Assembly: GCA_030668875.1 (NCBI GenBank)
Contig: DAOVER010000004.1
Span: forward strand, 15,626-79,625
From: Candidatus Heimdallarchaeota archaeon
GTDB taxonomy: Archaea; Asgardarchaeota; Heimdallarchaeia; Heimdallarchaeales; Heimdallarchaeaceae
DNA length: 64,000 bases
Direction: 5' to 3'
Shown here: in pieces, positions 47,605-57,039 of the stretch
Layout: each line of letters starts with the position of its first letter
How positions within the stretch are numbered: the stretch's first letter is position 1
Translations under genes and position numbers: made by a program
The notes under the pieces: generated by a model
The model's database searches: none
What the model was told of the DNA's origin: nothing
What the model saw: the letters and a program-made list of their open reading frames with translations, nothing else

Positions 47605-48280
47605 CTTCCCTCACTCTCTTTTTGAAAATGTTAATTTCTGATAACTTCGCAAGAAACGTCTTTGATTTTACTTTGATTATTTTGGAACCTAGTAAGATTC
47701 GAACAATTACTGATGATAAGTGAATGAAAAGGGAAAAACTACCTATAATGATAACAAACGGAACGGAATCGATTAACCATATTGCATTGAGTATAAGACC
47801 TGAAAATATGATTATGCCTATATTCATACCTACAGCTAATAAAACACGTTCTAATTGATCTATATTCTCGTAAAGTCTAGGAAAAATTAAGTTTGTTATT
47901 GTCCAGCCCGGGATGAATAATCCAAATAAAACACCAAAAATTATTCTTAGAAAAGAGAAAAAAGAATCTGCGGGAATAAGCAAACCTATTGGAACAAACA
48001 TACTAATCAAAATAAGCAGAGTCCAAAATTCTACAACAAAGTACTTATTTCTAAAAAGATATTCATAAACTGATTTAGGTAACTCTCTTGTTATCTTTGG
48101 AGAGCCTAGTTTAATGATATTAGCTTTTTCAAGCTCTTGAATAGCTAAATATATCTCACGTTCCTCTTTGCCAGTAACTGTCATTGTTATTGTCATAAGC
48201 TGTTTAACAGTTTTTGGCTTATCTTCATTCATGATTTTTTGAATGACTTTTTTTATTTCTGATATATCAATGCTATTCAT
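47594..48280 (-). CDS. Membrane protein with an N-terminal winged-helix-like domain
   Basis: Soluble N-terminal ~70 aa (KPKTVKQLMTIT...EEREIYLAIQELEKANIIKL) followed by 4-5 TM helices. Confidence 0.4.
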   Translation of the reverse strand: MNSIDISEIKKVIQKIMNEDKPKTVKQLMTITMTVTGKEEREIYLAIQELEKANIIKLGSPKITRELPKSVYEYLFRNKYFVVEFWTLLILISMFVPIGLLIPADSFFSFLRIIFGVLFGLFIPGWTITNLIFPRLYENIDQLERVLLAVGMNIGIIIFSGLILNAIWLIDSVPFVIIIGSFSLFIHLSSVIVRILLGSKIIKVKSKTFLAKLSEINIFKKRVREDEK

Positions 48281-48353
48281 GCTTTCGATTACTAATTGTG
48301 TGGGTATAAAAAAATGTTTTTGAAAGAAAGTGGGTGGAAATACAATACCTAGT

Positions 48354-50870
48354 CTATTTTAGCTCATCCACTTTAGCCCTTAATTTCTCAACAAGATCAG
48401 TCTTTTCCCAAGTGAAATCGGGCAATTCTCTTCCAAAATGTCCATAGCAAGATGTTTTTTGATAAATTGGTCTCTTTAATTTAAGGTATTCAATAATATT
48501 TCCTGGTCTGAAGTCGAATACACAAAGAATAGCTTCCTTTAGAATTTCTATTGAAACTTTTTCAGTACCAAAACATTCAATATTAACTGCTAAGGGCTTG
48601 GGTTCACCAATTGCATAAGAAACTTGAACTTCACACTTATCAGCTAATTCTGCAGCAACAACATTCTTTGCGACATATCTTGCTGCATAAGAAGCTGATC
48701 GATCTACTTTTGAAGGATCTTTACCAGAATTATGACATATGAACCCGTTTGCCGTGAAAGAGTGCACGCCTGGTACTTCAAAATCATAAACATGATTTTC
48801 ATTTTCGGTTATAGACTTTAGTTCTGAATAGTAATGATTCAGAATATAGTATGATTTTAGATACTCAAAATCTGGATCGTCATCAAATCGATTTTTATAA
48901 CAATCTAAGAATTCTACTAATTTTGTATATGTTAATTCCTTAGTCCCTTTATAACTTTGACTTCGAAGTAAACGACCTATTTTTGCTTTATCCTCTTGAT
49001 GTTCTTTTGGTGATAGCTTATCCCATAATCGTTTCAACCTACTTTTTTGATTGGGAATCCTCCAAAGGTTTCTCTTATTAGAAAAATCAACTGAATTCAA
49101 GACTCTAGATTTTCTTGTTAATCCAAAATTGATTTCTTTTTTAAAGGCTGTTATGCTATTTGTACCTTTAATTCGAAGATGATAGCGAATTCTCTTAGAT
49201 TCCACTATTCTACCATCTATTTCTGATTTAAGTCCTCGCGCACCAACTTCTTGTATAGAACTAATAATTCCAAAATTTAGCAGTAATTGTTGTGTTTCCT
49301 CGATTAACTGCTTTGATGTTGAAGTAAGAGTTATTTCAATTGAATTTAGGTTTCTTCCAGTTTTTCTTATGGTTCCATCGGTGTCAAATAAACCTCTAAT
49401 AAATGAAGCAATTACAGATTTTTGTGCTTTAAAAATACTGTTTGGAACACTTTTTTCCCAAGACCTTGAATAATCTAATCCAAGTGTGTAAAGAAACTCC
49501 CTAAGTTCTACCCCACAATAATGTGCCCAATGACCGAATATTTTCCCTTTATCGCCAAATAGCTGTTCATAGAGATTCTGAACAGAATTTTTCATCTCAT
49601 CTTCCCATACACATATCTGTATACCATTTCTAGATGTACACAAACCATCACCAATAAGCAATCCTAAGAGATATCCATATTCTTCTGTAAGTGTATTGGG
49701 AAATTTAAATTCATTAAATCGTCGAGTTCCTTCTTTATGCTGAAATTCAAAGTTAATTGTAGAATTCTTACCAAATAATCGATTTTTCCTTTGAATAGCA
49801 ATCCAATCATCAGTTTGTAAAGTGTCTAATCTCCTCCAAACATAATTGCCGTTTTTATCAATTATTCTTATATTTTGATTAAAAGAACCTTCCAGCTTGT
49901 AACCTTCTTTTGTTTCTACAATTAATGTTTTCATTTTTCCATTGTCTATCCATCTCTTAATGGGTGACGGTGATATGTCTGTTTTGATTAAGGTTCCTTC
50001 TTCAATACCATCTAGTTCAGATATGGTTGCTATTCCATTTTCATAATTAATCAAGCTGCTACCTGCAACGCAGAATGCTCCTCCACCGTGAGAATCTACT
50101 CCTCCGTAAGTGTCAACGATTATTTTTCTTCCTGTTAATCCTGAATCGCCATGTGGTCCCCCTGTAACAAATCTCCCTGTTCGATTGATGAAGATTTTAG
50201 TTTTTTCATCTACTAAGTAAGTTGGGATAACTGCTTCAATAACTTCTTTTTTCAATCCAGATTCAATTTCTTCATTTGTTGCTTCTTCTGCATGTTGGGC
50301 AGCAATAACAATAGCTTCTATTCGAATTGGCTTATCATTCTCATATTCAACTGCCACTAGTGATTTGCCATCTGGGCGTAGAAAGGGCAAAGTACCATTT
50401 TTTCGAACTTCAGTGAGTTTCATTGTTATTTTATGGGCTAGTACTATAGGTAATGGCATAAATTCTGGAGTTTCTTTTGTTGCATATCCATACATAATAC
50501 CTTGATCTCCTGCCCCTTGTTCCTCAACCATGTCTTTTTTTACACCTTGAGCTATGTCTTCTGATTGAGAGTGCACTGTGTTTATTATAGCACATCCTCT
50601 ATAATCAAAACCAATACTTGAATCATTATACCCGATTTCTTTAATAATATCACGAATGATTTTTTCATATTCAACAGTACACACTTTTGATGTGGTAATT
50701 TCACCACCTACTAAAACAAGACCTGTTGTAACAAAACATTCACATGCTACATGTGCATCAGGATCATCTTTTAAAATAGCATCGAGGATCGCATCAGAAA
50801 TTTGATCACAAATTTTGTCAGGATGCCCCTCTGTTACAGATTCTGAAGAAATAATTTTACGTAATACCAT
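48354..50870 (-). CDS. metK: Bacterial-type S-adenosylmethionine synthetase (MetK) interrupted by a 448-aa intein
   Basis: N-extein ends ...HGGGAF, C-extein starts [18 protein letters not shown]. The extein sum is 390 aa with the MetK motifs [12 protein letters not shown] and [13 protein letters not shown]. Confidence 0.9.
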   Translation of the reverse strand: MVLRKIISSESVTEGHPDKICDQISDAILDAILKDDPDAHVACECFVTTGLVLVGGEITTSKVCTVEYEKIIRDIIKEIGYNDSSIGFDYRGCAIINTVHSQSEDIAQGVKKDMVEEQGAGDQGIMYGYATKETPEFMPLPIVLAHKITMKLTEVRKNGTLPFLRPDGKSLVAVEYENDKPIRIEAIVIAAQHAEEATNEEIESGLKKEVIEAVIPTYLVDEKTKIFINRTGRFVTGGPHGDSGLTGRKIIVDTYGGVDSHGGGAFCVAGSSLINYENGIATISELDGIEEGTLIKTDISPSPIKRWIDNGKMKTLIVETKEGYKLEGSFNQNIRIIDKNGNYVWRRLDTLQTDDWIAIQRKNRLFGKNSTINFEFQHKEGTRRFNEFKFPNTLTEEYGYLLGLLIGDGLCTSRNGIQICVWEDEMKNSVQNLYEQLFGDKGKIFGHWAHYCGVELREFLYTLGLDYSRSWEKSVPNSIFKAQKSVIASFIRGLFDTDGTIRKTGRNLNSIEITLTSTSKQLIEETQQLLLNFGIISSIQEVGARGLKSEIDGRIVESKRIRYHLRIKGTNSITAFKKEINFGLTRKSRVLNSVDFSNKRNLWRIPNQKSRLKRLWDKLSPKEHQEDKAKIGRLLRSQSYKGTKELTYTKLVEFLDCYKNRFDDDPDFEYLKSYYILNHYYSELKSITENENHVYDFEVPGVHSFTANGFICHNSGKDPSKVDRSASYAARYVAKNVVAAELADKCEVQVSYAIGEPKPLAVNIECFGTEKVSIEILKEAILCVFDFRPGNIIEYLKLKRPIYQKTSCYGHFGRELPDFTWEKTDLVEKLRAKVDELK
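48729..50072 (-). mobile_element. Intein with a LAGLIDADG homing endonuclease, inserted in the MetK GGGAF|SGKDP motif
   Basis: Starts with Cys (CVAGSS), ends with HN and is followed by a +1 Ser; two LAGLIDADG motifs ([22 protein letters not shown]). Boundaries come from residue counting (intein residues 267-714). Confidence 0.85.
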
Positions 50871-50974
50871 CTACATGTCTCTCCAAATTCAAATTCACTG
50901 AAACTACTCTTATACTGCATTATAAAATTATTATGATTAATCTGATTTAGTAAAAATGTGTTGGGAAGGTGACT

Positions 50975-51625
50975 CTATGATTCCACCCTAACTTGTAATT
51001 CTTTCAATAGATTAAGCAACTCTTCTTTTGTTGGGATATCTTCTGGATTATTACTTTTGGCAGCGAAGATTAGTCTAGTCGATACTTTGTCTAGTTCATG
51101 AAGTAAGGTTGCCTTATGCCCTTTTTCCAACAAATTATCTCGAATTTCCAATAAATGATTGGAGATTTTCAATAATTCTTTATTAATGTCAGTGCTTTCT
51201 TCAATATGTTGTTTCAAAATACTAAATGCATCCACACCTGTAGAGATTTTAGGATGGTATGTCTCGTGAAGATGTGTATTTACCTGTAATAGTATATCTT
51301 TCTCAGCTGAAGCTCTTCTACCTTCAGCTCCCTGAATCCTTTTTTCGAGGATAACATTGGACAAGTGTTTGAGTGTTGTTTCAACGATCTCTTGAGACTG
51401 TAATTCAGGAATTAAGTGAATTAGTTGAGTCTTCACCAAAATTCTTCTTTCATTTTTTAATAGATAGGAATATTCCTCCTTTGAGAGTATCCCTGAAACT
51501 ACTAGTTCCTTGACGTTTTTTCTGAAGGATTCTCTATTGCCTCTGCCTTTCCAGAATGAAGGTTCAATATTTTCTCGTAATTTTTCAGTTATTTCTAATA
51601 GAACTGAAGTTTTGGTGGATTCCAT
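50975..51625 (-). CDS. Hypothetical helical protein (216 aa)
   Basis: ORF with a plausible start; no recognizable domain. Confidence 0.35.
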   Translation of the reverse strand: MESTKTSVLLEITEKLRENIEPSFWKGRGNRESFRKNVKELVVSGILSKEEYSYLLKNERRILVKTQLIHLIPELQSQEIVETTLKHLSNVILEKRIQGAEGRRASAEKDILLQVNTHLHETYHPKISTGVDAFSILKQHIEESTDINKELLKISNHLLEIRDNLLEKGHKATLLHELDKVSTRLIFAAKSNNPEDIPTKEELLNLLKELQVRVES

Positions 51626-51773
51626 GATTAATTATCTGTTCTTCATGTTAATAAGAATTTCTTAAAAGGAATAAATGAAAATACAAGTTCAACTTTGTAT
51701 ATATACTATCTTGTAAGAAAGAAACTAAAATAGGGTTAAACCTATTAATTAGGTTGAATTCTGAATATATCAT

Positions 51774-52553
51774 ATGGCGTATGCGAAAAATATTTCAACA
51801 AAGAAAAACAACCTTACTGAAATGAAGAATACAGTAGCAATTCTATTTTGCGGTGGAGAGGGAAAAAGAATGCGCCCTTTAACCTATTATATGCAAAAAG
51901 TCATGATGCCAATTGGAACTGATCAGATTCCAATTTTGGAATACGTTATTAAGCACTTCAAAAAACACAATGTGTTAGATATAATTCTCTTAGTTAATTA
52001 CAAGAAGGAACAAATTCAAGGTTACTTTGGAAATGGTGAACGATGGGGTGTGAACTTAACATACATTACAGATAAACCAGGGCCTGTTGGCACTGGAACT
52101 GCACTTTTGAATGTTAAAAAAGAAATAGGTAATCGGAGGATGATAATTTATTATTCTGATATCATCACCAATATAAATTTTACAGAAATGTTAGAGTTCC
52201 ATCAAAACAACAAAAAATGGGCTACTATATTTGTCTCAGAAGGTTGGAAAATTCGAGTTGGCACAGCAGAAATTGATGATGAGAACAATGTTACCAAATT
52301 CATTGAGAAACCAACTCTTCCCCTCTTAGTAAATACGGGCATTAGCATTATTGAACCTATTGTTTTCGATTTTCTTGATGATTTTAGAGAACAAGAGAGT
52401 ATAGATTTGTCCAAAAATATCTTTCCAAGATTTGTTGAAGCCTCTCAAATGGTGGCATATACTCCCCCTAACATCTATTGGGAAGATATAGGCTCAATTG
52501 AGCGATATGAAAAATTAGATGGAGAGTTCATCACACAAAAAATGAGTGAATAA
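51774..52553 (+). CDS. Sugar-phosphate nucleotidyltransferase (RmlA/GlmU-type NTP-transferase)
   Basis: N-terminal AILFCGGEGKRMRPLT (the G-x-G-x-R-x-xPLT motif); 259 aa. Confidence 0.7.
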   Translation: MAYAKNISTKKNNLTEMKNTVAILFCGGEGKRMRPLTYYMQKVMMPIGTDQIPILEYVIKHFKKHNVLDIILLVNYKKEQIQGYFGNGERWGVNLTYITDKPGPVGTGTALLNVKKEIGNRRMIIYYSDIITNINFTEMLEFHQNNKKWATIFVSEGWKIRVGTAEIDDENNVTKFIEKPTLPLLVNTGISIIEPIVFDFLDDFREQESIDLSKNIFPRFVEASQMVAYTPPNIYWEDIGSIERYEKLDGEFITQKMSE

Positions 52554-52602
52554 ACTCTCATAATAGAAAAATATTATTATTAAGTATTTTCTAATAAAAA
52601 TA

Positions 52603-52992
52603 ATGAAGTACAGGTTGATGGACTTATTGGCTTGCCCTCTTGACAAAGATTGGCCTTTAAAACTAGAGATTATTGAACAAGAGAAGGAAATTGAACCTAT
52701 CTCTCCACCCAATGTAAACTCAAAAACTGGTGTTGTATGCAACTTCTATTGCCATTTCAAGGAGTTCTACCTTATCTCCGTCAATGATGAAGGTATTGAA
52801 GTTGAGAAATCCTTAGACTCTATTAGAAAAAATGTAACCGTTGAGGATTGCAAAGAATGTTTCCAAATTGAAATACAAAAAGGTAGGCTGGTTTGTTCGA
52901 AAGACAATAATCATATTTATGAGATTAAAGAAGGAATTCCAGTTATGCTTACTTCTGAGCAACTTGAAGAAATTTATGGGAAGAAGAAATAA
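52603..52992 (+). CDS. Trm112-family protein with a long central insertion
   Basis: N-terminal LMDLLACPLDK and C-terminal GRLVCSKDNNHIYEIKEGIPVMLTSE match the Trm112/DUF343 halves; about 60 extra residues in between, containing Cys and His. Confidence 0.55.
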   Translation: MKYRLMDLLACPLDKDWPLKLEIIEQEKEIEPISPPNVNSKTGVVCNFYCHFKEFYLISVNDEGIEVEKSLDSIRKNVTVEDCKECFQIEIQKGRLVCSKDNNHIYEIKEGIPVMLTSEQLEEIYGKKK

Positions 52993-53008
52993 ACCCGCTC
53001 TCTTTTGA

Positions 53009-53326
53009 TTATTCTTCCTTTTGTTTTTCTTCTTTTGTTTTCTCCATCTCCACTCCGTTAGGTTTGGATTTGGCATCCAACTTTTTCTTTTTCTTATACA
53101 TGGTCCATATGAAATAGCTTATTTCCATAACTATTCCAGCTACTAATAAAGCATTAATTATGGTTAATTTTGGTAATAAATCCTCATAATAGTGCAAATA
53201 TCTTTGAAGAATCAAGAACATAACATAGGAAATAATAACAACAATTATCATAAAGAGATGAATAGAGGCTGCTCTATCTAAGGAAACAAATGTCTTCCGC
53301 TTGGTTTTCTCAGTTTTCTGATTCAT
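53009..53326 (-). CDS. Small membrane protein with a Lys/Glu-rich C-terminus
   Basis: Two predicted TM helices, charged tail. Confidence 0.35.
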   Translation of the reverse strand: MNQKTEKTKRKTFVSLDRAASIHLFMIIVVIISYVMFLILQRYLHYYEDLLPKLTIINALLVAGIVMEISYFIWTMYKKKKKLDAKSKPNGVEMEKTKEEKQKEE

Positions 53327-53394
53327 TTTTTGCGCCGCAACAAAAATTTATTACTTTTTTTTTACTTTCTCCAGTTCTATAAGCTATTTTTGAG

Positions 53395-53808
53395 TTATAT
53401 ACTTGAAACATACTCTTTCTCAATCAGATTACGAAATTCTTTGATTTTTTCCAGCATCATTTTTGCTTCATTGCTAATAACACTTGGTAACATGTTTGAT
53501 TTCAAAGCTTTTTCATAGCATTTAGCAAAGTAATTTAGTTGAAATACCAGTTGGACTACTCTAGCATATTGAAAAACTTGATCAGGAGCAGTTACTAATG
53601 CAACTTTTAGCGATATTTCGTTTTGTTCTTCAGGTGTCAAATCAATGTTGTACCCTTCTTTATTACAAATATCAAATAAAGTATTTAGAAACAACCTGCT
53701 TTTTCTGAGAACTGAAGCTAGTTCCTTTGCAACATCTGAGAGGCCAGGAACTTCTTTTCTAATAATATTTGCACTCTCAGTAACACTTTCAAGATGCATA
53801 TTCAACAC
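53395..53808 (-). CDS. Hypothetical protein (137 aa)
   Basis: ORF only. Confidence 0.3.
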   Translation of the reverse strand: MLNMHLESVTESANIIRKEVPGLSDVAKELASVLRKSRLFLNTLFDICNKEGYNIDLTPEEQNEISLKVALVTAPDQVFQYARVVQLVFQLNYFAKCYEKALKSNMLPSVISNEAKMMLEKIKEFRNLIEKEYVSSI

Positions 53809-53913
53809 TATTTCTGTTAAGTTCTATCTTGTTTTTATATTCTTTTTGGAATGCAACAGCAAAAAGAGCGAAAGAAGTAAAAAAGAAAGAGAAAGAAATC
53901 TAGAATTAAGGTT

Positions 53914-56022
53914 CTATTCTAGCAATAATCTAAGAGTTACGAGTTGACCATTAATTTCATTCTTAAGTTTTTCAATGGTCTGTTGTCTTTCACGGAATAG
54001 TTTAACATAAGATTCTTTGGTCATGCTTTTCTTAGTTCTATATTCTTGTTGAAGCGCTCTTAGATTTCTTCTTTCTTCGTAGAGTTTTCTTTCAGCAATC
54101 TCGATTTTCTGAACAGATTCTTTGTATCTTCCACCAAGAGCTGATAAACTTATCTTTGTTGTCTTCAAGGACTCTTCTTCGGCTCTTAGGCGTTTTTCTA
54201 GCTTAGCACGTAATTCTTTACCTTCTTTTGCTTTCATTTTCTTACTTGCTATTTTCGCCTTTACCTGTCTGAGACGTTCTCTAATAGATAAAACTTCTTC
54301 ATATTGTTTTACAAATTCTTCAATCTCATCAACAGGAATGAATTCTTCTTCTATCTCGGCTTCAGAAAGTCCTTTTATTCGTTTTGCTGACCAACGAAGT
54401 CCAAGGTATATAGCAAAGATAAGACCCACTGCCATAAATTGCCAGAAGAATGTGATAAACATGTTAAAACCAGTGTAACTATATTCTATAATTAACGATG
54501 AGTTATCGCTTCCCGAAAAATTTGTGAACTGTAATCCTACCACTCTCTTTGTTCCTAGTGCAGTAAAATCGAATAATCTCCCATAATCAATTATCATGTC
54601 CTGATAAGGATCTGTATTCCAATAATCAAGTTCCTTATATACTGCTCCCTTAGGAAGAATTATTTCAAGATTTAGATTATCTATGGACCAATTAACAATT
54701 GAACTTGGAGAAAGTGTGAGTTTGTAGTTTGAACTTCCTTGTTCTTTCTCTAGAACACTCTCCATTGGAACAGTGTATACAATTGTAAATTTCATTTCTT
54801 CTCCATGGAATAGAGGTTCTCTTGGAAAGATAAGCAAAGCTTGATGTCCTTCAAATGTACTATCCCTTAGGTTGTAAGCACCTCTTTCAAAATATCCCTC
54901 TTCATTTATCTGATACTCTTGATTTAAGGATCCAGTGTCATCATACAAATCAATAACAGTAACGTTTTTTGGAAACACTATCGGAAATGAGTTTAGAGCA
55001 TACAGTTTTGGAGAGAGATGATCATAATCTTCAGGTCTTTCACTACCTAAGAAAACGATATTCTGTGTTTCAGTTATTTGTACTAGTCCATAAGGATCAA
55101 TTTCTACAACTCTATGAACTTCTGTTGCTTTAAACAGCAATGTGCTTGACTGTTGTTCTGCATCAGCAGTGCTTACTGAAGATATATGTACATTAAGGAG
55201 AAGATCGTCAGAATATGATTGACTATAATTAAAGGGCAATCTTGTGATGTTTGACCATTTAAGAGTACCACTTACTGCATCATTGATAACAGTTATCCCT
55301 TCAGTATCATTTCCAGGAGATATTCGGAATTCTGCTACATCTAAAAATAGGTCACCACCTTGTTTTTCAACTTTGACTGACCCATTAACAATTGGTATGT
55401 TGTTAATAAGAGGATACAACAATTCTTCATAATGAGTAATCTGTTCTCCTACATAAAGCTCAAATGTATAAGGCATAGAAAATTCAATGTACGAATTGAT
55501 GAAATAAACGTCATTTTGGTGAATTTCTGTTTTATTCACGTTGAAGGGAATGACGAAAGTTGTATAGTTCAATAATTTGTTAAATGTATATATCCGAGTA
55601 GCATTACCTTCTATTAGTGACTTATAAGTGGCATTAGCTACACGAAAACTGGCGTAAGTTATTTTATCAGCATGAATATTAGGCAATGTATAATTAAAAT
55701 ATGTTAAATTTAGATTACCAATCACTTTTAATTCAATACTATCCGAGATTGAAAGTACACCAAAATTCTCTATGTTAATTGATCTATTTACTATAGATGT
55801 TACATTTAATCCATAGTCGATGACACCGATATCATTGTATCCTTCATCACTGTACACCATGCCACTTGGGGTAAGGAGGGGTGTACTATTCACAATATTC
55901 GATAGATCTGTTTGAGGGTTCATTTCTGCGGAACCCTGTGTTGAATTCAGCATAGCTGAAAATGATATGCTAACGATGACAAGTAATGTAAAAGTTAACA
56001 TTATACCTTTGTTTTTGTGCAT
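53914..56022 (-). CDS. Type I membrane glycoprotein with a long cytoplasmic coiled-coil tail
   Basis: Signal peptide; sequon-rich ~520-aa ectodomain; a single TM (FWQFMAVGLIFAIYLGL); ~160-aa K/R/E-rich heptad tail. Confidence 0.5.
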   Translation of the reverse strand: MHKNKGIMLTFTLLVIVSISFSAMLNSTQGSAEMNPQTDLSNIVNSTPLLTPSGMVYSDEGYNDIGVIDYGLNVTSIVNRSINIENFGVLSISDSIELKVIGNLNLTYFNYTLPNIHADKITYASFRVANATYKSLIEGNATRIYTFNKLLNYTTFVIPFNVNKTEIHQNDVYFINSYIEFSMPYTFELYVGEQITHYEELLYPLINNIPIVNGSVKVEKQGGDLFLDVAEFRISPGNDTEGITVINDAVSGTLKWSNITRLPFNYSQSYSDDLLLNVHISSVSTADAEQQSSTLLFKATEVHRVVEIDPYGLVQITETQNIVFLGSERPEDYDHLSPKLYALNSFPIVFPKNVTVIDLYDDTGSLNQEYQINEEGYFERGAYNLRDSTFEGHQALLIFPREPLFHGEEMKFTIVYTVPMESVLEKEQGSSNYKLTLSPSSIVNWSIDNLNLEIILPKGAVYKELDYWNTDPYQDMIIDYGRLFDFTALGTKRVVGLQFTNFSGSDNSSLIIEYSYTGFNMFITFFWQFMAVGLIFAIYLGLRWSAKRIKGLSEAEIEEEFIPVDEIEEFVKQYEEVLSIRERLRQVKAKIASKKMKAKEGKELRAKLEKRLRAEEESLKTTKISLSALGGRYKESVQKIEIAERKLYEERRNLRALQQEYRTKKSMTKESYVKLFRERQQTIEKLKNEINGQLVTLRLLLE

Positions 56023-56228
56023 TTATACTAACCTCGTCTAATACGGTCCTTGTGCAGATGAGACGAAACAATTTTAAATATTTTGGCTTATCAGAGATTT
56101 CATTTCATAAACTTCAAATTTCCATTTTCTAGTAAAATTTTTCCTTCAACGAACAAAATCACTATTTCTGTACATTTTAATCTTCATTCAGTAGGAAAAT
56201 TTTTGTATTTTGTTACATTCAGCTATTT

Positions 56229-57029
56229 GTGTATTCTAAAAAGGTGACAGTTGAAGAAGTTGCAAAGATGATTGATCATACAAATTTGAAATCCTTTGCA
56301 ACAAAAAAAGAGATATCTAAGCTATGTGATGAAGCAATAGATTATTGTTTTGCTGCTGTTTGTGTAAATTCTGCAAACGTTTCACATTGCTCTAAGTTAT
56401 TGAAACAATCTGATGTAGAGGTTGCTGCTGTTGTAGGTTTTCCTCTTGGTGTTTGTACGTCTAAATCTAAATTCTATGAAACTCAAGAAGCAGTTGAGCT
56501 TGGAGCAACAGAAATTGATATGGTCATGAATGTAGGTTTTTTCCGAGATGGAAATTTCTCTGCTGTAGCTGAAGATATTGAAACAGTGGTTAAAGCTGCT
56601 GATGGGGTAGTTGTCAAGGTTATACTTGAAACAGGTTATCTTACAGATGAACAAATAGTTAAAGCTTGCCAGATCTCAAAAGATGCTGAAGCCCATTATG
56701 TCAAAACATCAACCGGTTTTGGTCCAATGGGTGCATTTGTTGATCATGTTTCTCTTATGAGAAATACAATTGGAAAAGACATGGGATTAAAAGCTGCTGG
56801 GGGAATTCGAAATGCTAAGACAGCTGTTCGAATGATAAACGCTGGTGCAGATAGATTAGGGGCAAGTGCAGGTATTGCCATTGTCGACTCTCTCACTAAA
56901 ACCTTGGAAAACGGAGAGTGGTTCAATTCAGATTCTGATAAACCTGAGGAAATTTATTCTTGGGGAGCTGCTGATCCAAGGAAACAACCCAAGGACATAT
57001 ATGAGTATTATATAGCAAAAAACAAGTAA
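56229..57029 (+). CDS. deoC: Deoxyribose-phosphate aldolase (DeoC)
   Basis: IDHTNLK, FAAVCVNS, EIDMVMNVG, the Schiff-base Lys region (VKTSTGF), KAAGGIR. Confidence 0.8.
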   Translation: MYSKKVTVEEVAKMIDHTNLKSFATKKEISKLCDEAIDYCFAAVCVNSANVSHCSKLLKQSDVEVAAVVGFPLGVCTSKSKFYETQEAVELGATEIDMVMNVGFFRDGNFSAVAEDIETVVKAADGVVVKVILETGYLTDEQIVKACQISKDAEAHYVKTSTGFGPMGAFVDHVSLMRNTIGKDMGLKAAGGIRNAKTAVRMINAGADRLGASAGIAIVDSLTKTLENGEWFNSDSDKPEEIYSWGAADPRKQPKDIYEYYIAKNK

Positions 57030-57039
57030 TTAATCGAAC

